A stretch of DNA of 64,000 nucleotides from Rhodospirillales bacterium (GTDB lineage: Bacteria > Pseudomonadota > Alphaproteobacteria > Rhodospirillales > UBA2165), in contig CBDBMR010000005.1 in assembly GCA_965207535.1 (NCBI GenBank), positions 95,905 to 159,904 of the forward strand, written 5' to 3'. Of this stretch, positions 62,596 through 64,000 are shown one piece after another. Position 1 is the stretch's first letter; the number at the start of each line of letters is the position of its first letter. Position numbers and translations under genes: made by a program. Under the pieces are notes generated by a model that saw nothing but the letters and a program-made list of their open reading frames with translations, searched no databases and was not told the origin of the DNA.

Positions 62596-62627
62596 CTTGT
62601 ATCGTGCCGCCCCGCGCCCGCAAGCCG

Positions 62628-64000
62628 TCAGAACGCGAAGCGCGCCTGGAGGCGGGCGGAATAGGAGGTATCGCCGGAACCGAGGCCCGCCGCGCCCACC
62701 GAGCCGCCGATGGTGTAGCCGCCCATGCGGTACGCGGCGCCCAGCCCGGCGCCGAGCCGGGTCCCGCCGGCTTCCGATTCCAGCGCCGTCTCCGACACGT
62801 CCACCTTGGTGCCGCCGCTTAGAACCTGCTCCGCGTCCAGCGAGCCCCGCAGCCGGAGCCGGTCCGCGCCGTCCAAGGGCAGCAGCCCGGTCTCGGCGAT
62901 GACGCCCGCACCGGCGGCGAGCCGGTCGGCATCCGTAATCGAGACCCTGGAGAACAGCCCGTCCTCGAACTCGCCCATGGAGACGCTGGAGCGGCGGAGC
63001 GCGCCCCGCGCGGTCAGCCGGGTCTTCCGGCCGAGAAGGTCCAGATCGAAGCGCCGCCCGCCCTCGATGCCGAGCGCGTGGACCCAGCCGGACGCGCCGC
63101 TCTTCAGGCCGCCCCGCGTCTCCGAGGAGAGATCCGCATTGTAGCGGGTGAGCGAAAGCCGGCCACGGCCGTACAAGCCGTCGTCCCCTTCCCAGGCCAC
63201 GCCGCCGATCACGCCTAAGCCCCGGGCCTCGATCCGCCCGCCGCCGGCCGGCGACGAGACCTTGGCCGAGCCCGAGACCACCCGCACCCCGGCCCAGCCG
63301 GAGAGCCCCGTCAGCCCGGTCAGCTCATAATCGAGGGGGAAGTCCATGCCGCTCTCCACGCCGAAGCGGTCATAGTCGTAGCGCGCCGCCACCGTGGCGG
63401 TGCCCGGCTCGTAGGAGCCCTGGCCCACGGCGATGCGCGCGTATGCGGGCGTACCCGCCGAGCGCAGCAGGGTTTCGCCGCTGCCGGGACCGCCCGCCCC
63501 GTCAATCCGCAGCAGAACCCCCGGCAGCGCCTCGTAGACCGCCGCGCGGGGGGCGAAGCGCCGGGCGAACGCCAGGGACGCGAAATCGTCTCCCGTCGCC
63601 CGCACGTCATGCGCCCCGATGGGAGTCCACACGCCCGTCGCGCCGTCCACGCTGTCGAACAACGTCATGCCGTTGACCTTGACCTCGTAGGCCGTGGTTC
63701 CGTGCTGGTTCTCGATCCCCCCGGCCAGAAGCTTCTCTGGATCCAGCGAGCGTGGGTCGAGCCTCAGTTCGAGAAGGAGGCGCGGGCTCTCGGTCCCATC
63801 GCTCGGATCGACGCGGGTCACCCTGATGGCGACGCCGCCGGTGTCCGCGCCGATGCGCCCGTCGGGGCCGATAATCACCCGGCCGCCGCCGATCAACCAG
63901 ATGCCCGCGCCGGTGCCCGAACCGCCCCATACCTCGCTGCCGACCGACACGGTCTGCATGCGGTTGCCGTCCGCGTCGAGCCCGCCGCCCTGAACCCGGA
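62628..64000 (-). CDS. Autotransporter-type outer-membrane protein, C-terminal beta-barrel translocator plus part of the passenger; the N-terminus lies outside the window
   Basis: The frame stays open to the window edge. The sequence is Gly/Ala/Ser/Thr-rich with alternating beta-strand pattern and ends ...YSARLQARFAF (aromatic C-terminal OMP signature). Confidence 0.75.
   Translation of the reverse strand, partial: RVQGGGLDADGNRMQTVSVGSEVWGGSGTGAGIWLIGGGRVIIGPDGRIGADTGGVAIRVTRVDPSDGTESPRLLLELRLDPRSLDPEKLLAGGIENQHGTTAYEVKVNGMTLFDSVDGATGVWTPIGAHDVRATGDDFASLAFARRFAPRAAVYEALPGVLLRIDGAGGPGSGETLLRSAGTPAYARIAVGQGSYEPGTATVAARYDYDRFGVESGMDFPLDYELTGLTGLSGWAGVRVVSGSAKVSSPAGGGRIEARGLGVIGGVAWEGDDGLYGRGRLSLTRYNADLSSETRGGLKSGASGWVHALGIEGGRRFDLDLLGRKTRLTARGALRRSSVSMGEFEDGLFSRVSITDADRLAAGAGVIAETGLLPLDGADRLRLRGSLDAEQVLSGGTKVDVSETALESEAGGTRLGAGLGAAYRMGGYTIGGSVGAAGLGSGDTSYSARLQARFAF

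Noticed and set aside
1-64000. Search of the window for tRNA-Sec or selA/selB/selD to support the selenoprotein call
   Set aside because: None is recognisable. The only tRNA is Thr(GGU), and no ORF shows SelA, SelB or SelD motifs. Absence from a 64-kb window is uninformative, so the Sec call remains a candidate pending whole-genome inspection.

Overview
This is a GC-rich chromosomal segment whose gene content and synteny look alphaproteobacterial. It carries a murA-hisG-hisD-UPF0262-LMW phosphatase-infA-maf-rng-yacG housekeeping block, TRAP and TTT transporters, and glcDEF. I call about 66 protein genes, including two the ORF track misses or truncates: rpmJ, and the N-terminus of a DsbA-like gene. 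There is one tRNA-Thr(GGU). I saw no rRNA, CRISPR array, transposase or integrase. Roughly 0-38 kb is a mosaic of accessory and catabolic operons (oxidoreductases, GntR regulators, transporters). The core housekeeping block sits at 39-46 kb, and 46-64 kb is mixed, with repeat-rich intergenic regions. Points worth a second look: (1) A DsbA/FrnE-like oxidoreductase is complete only if an in-frame TGA at 3909-3911, exactly where the first Cys of the CPWC motif should be, is read as selenocysteine; a stem-loop follows it. (2) A four-gene FAD / 2Fe-2S / split-Mo-subunit hydroxylase has the subunit architecture of the selenium-dependent nicotinate dehydrogenase of Eubacterium barkeri and is followed by a CinA/PncC-like gene. 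(3) A tightly packed module of unknown function combines a PEP-hydrolase-like protein, a UPF0261 (Tm-1-like) protein and a flavoprotein. (4) A 141-bp, three-hairpin, CTAG-bounded repeat occurs in three near-identical copies, and three of its termini supply TAG stop codons to flanking genes. (5) A 14-bp palindrome, GTCTTATATAAGAC, occurs three times in front of the TTT-transporter and oxidoreductase units. (6) Composite REP-like hairpin repeat clusters, an AT-rich 220-bp island, a frameshifted aldo/keto reductase and an EgtD-like methyltransferase without EgtB are also present. All functional calls rest on recognising family motifs in the translations by eye; no database search was run.
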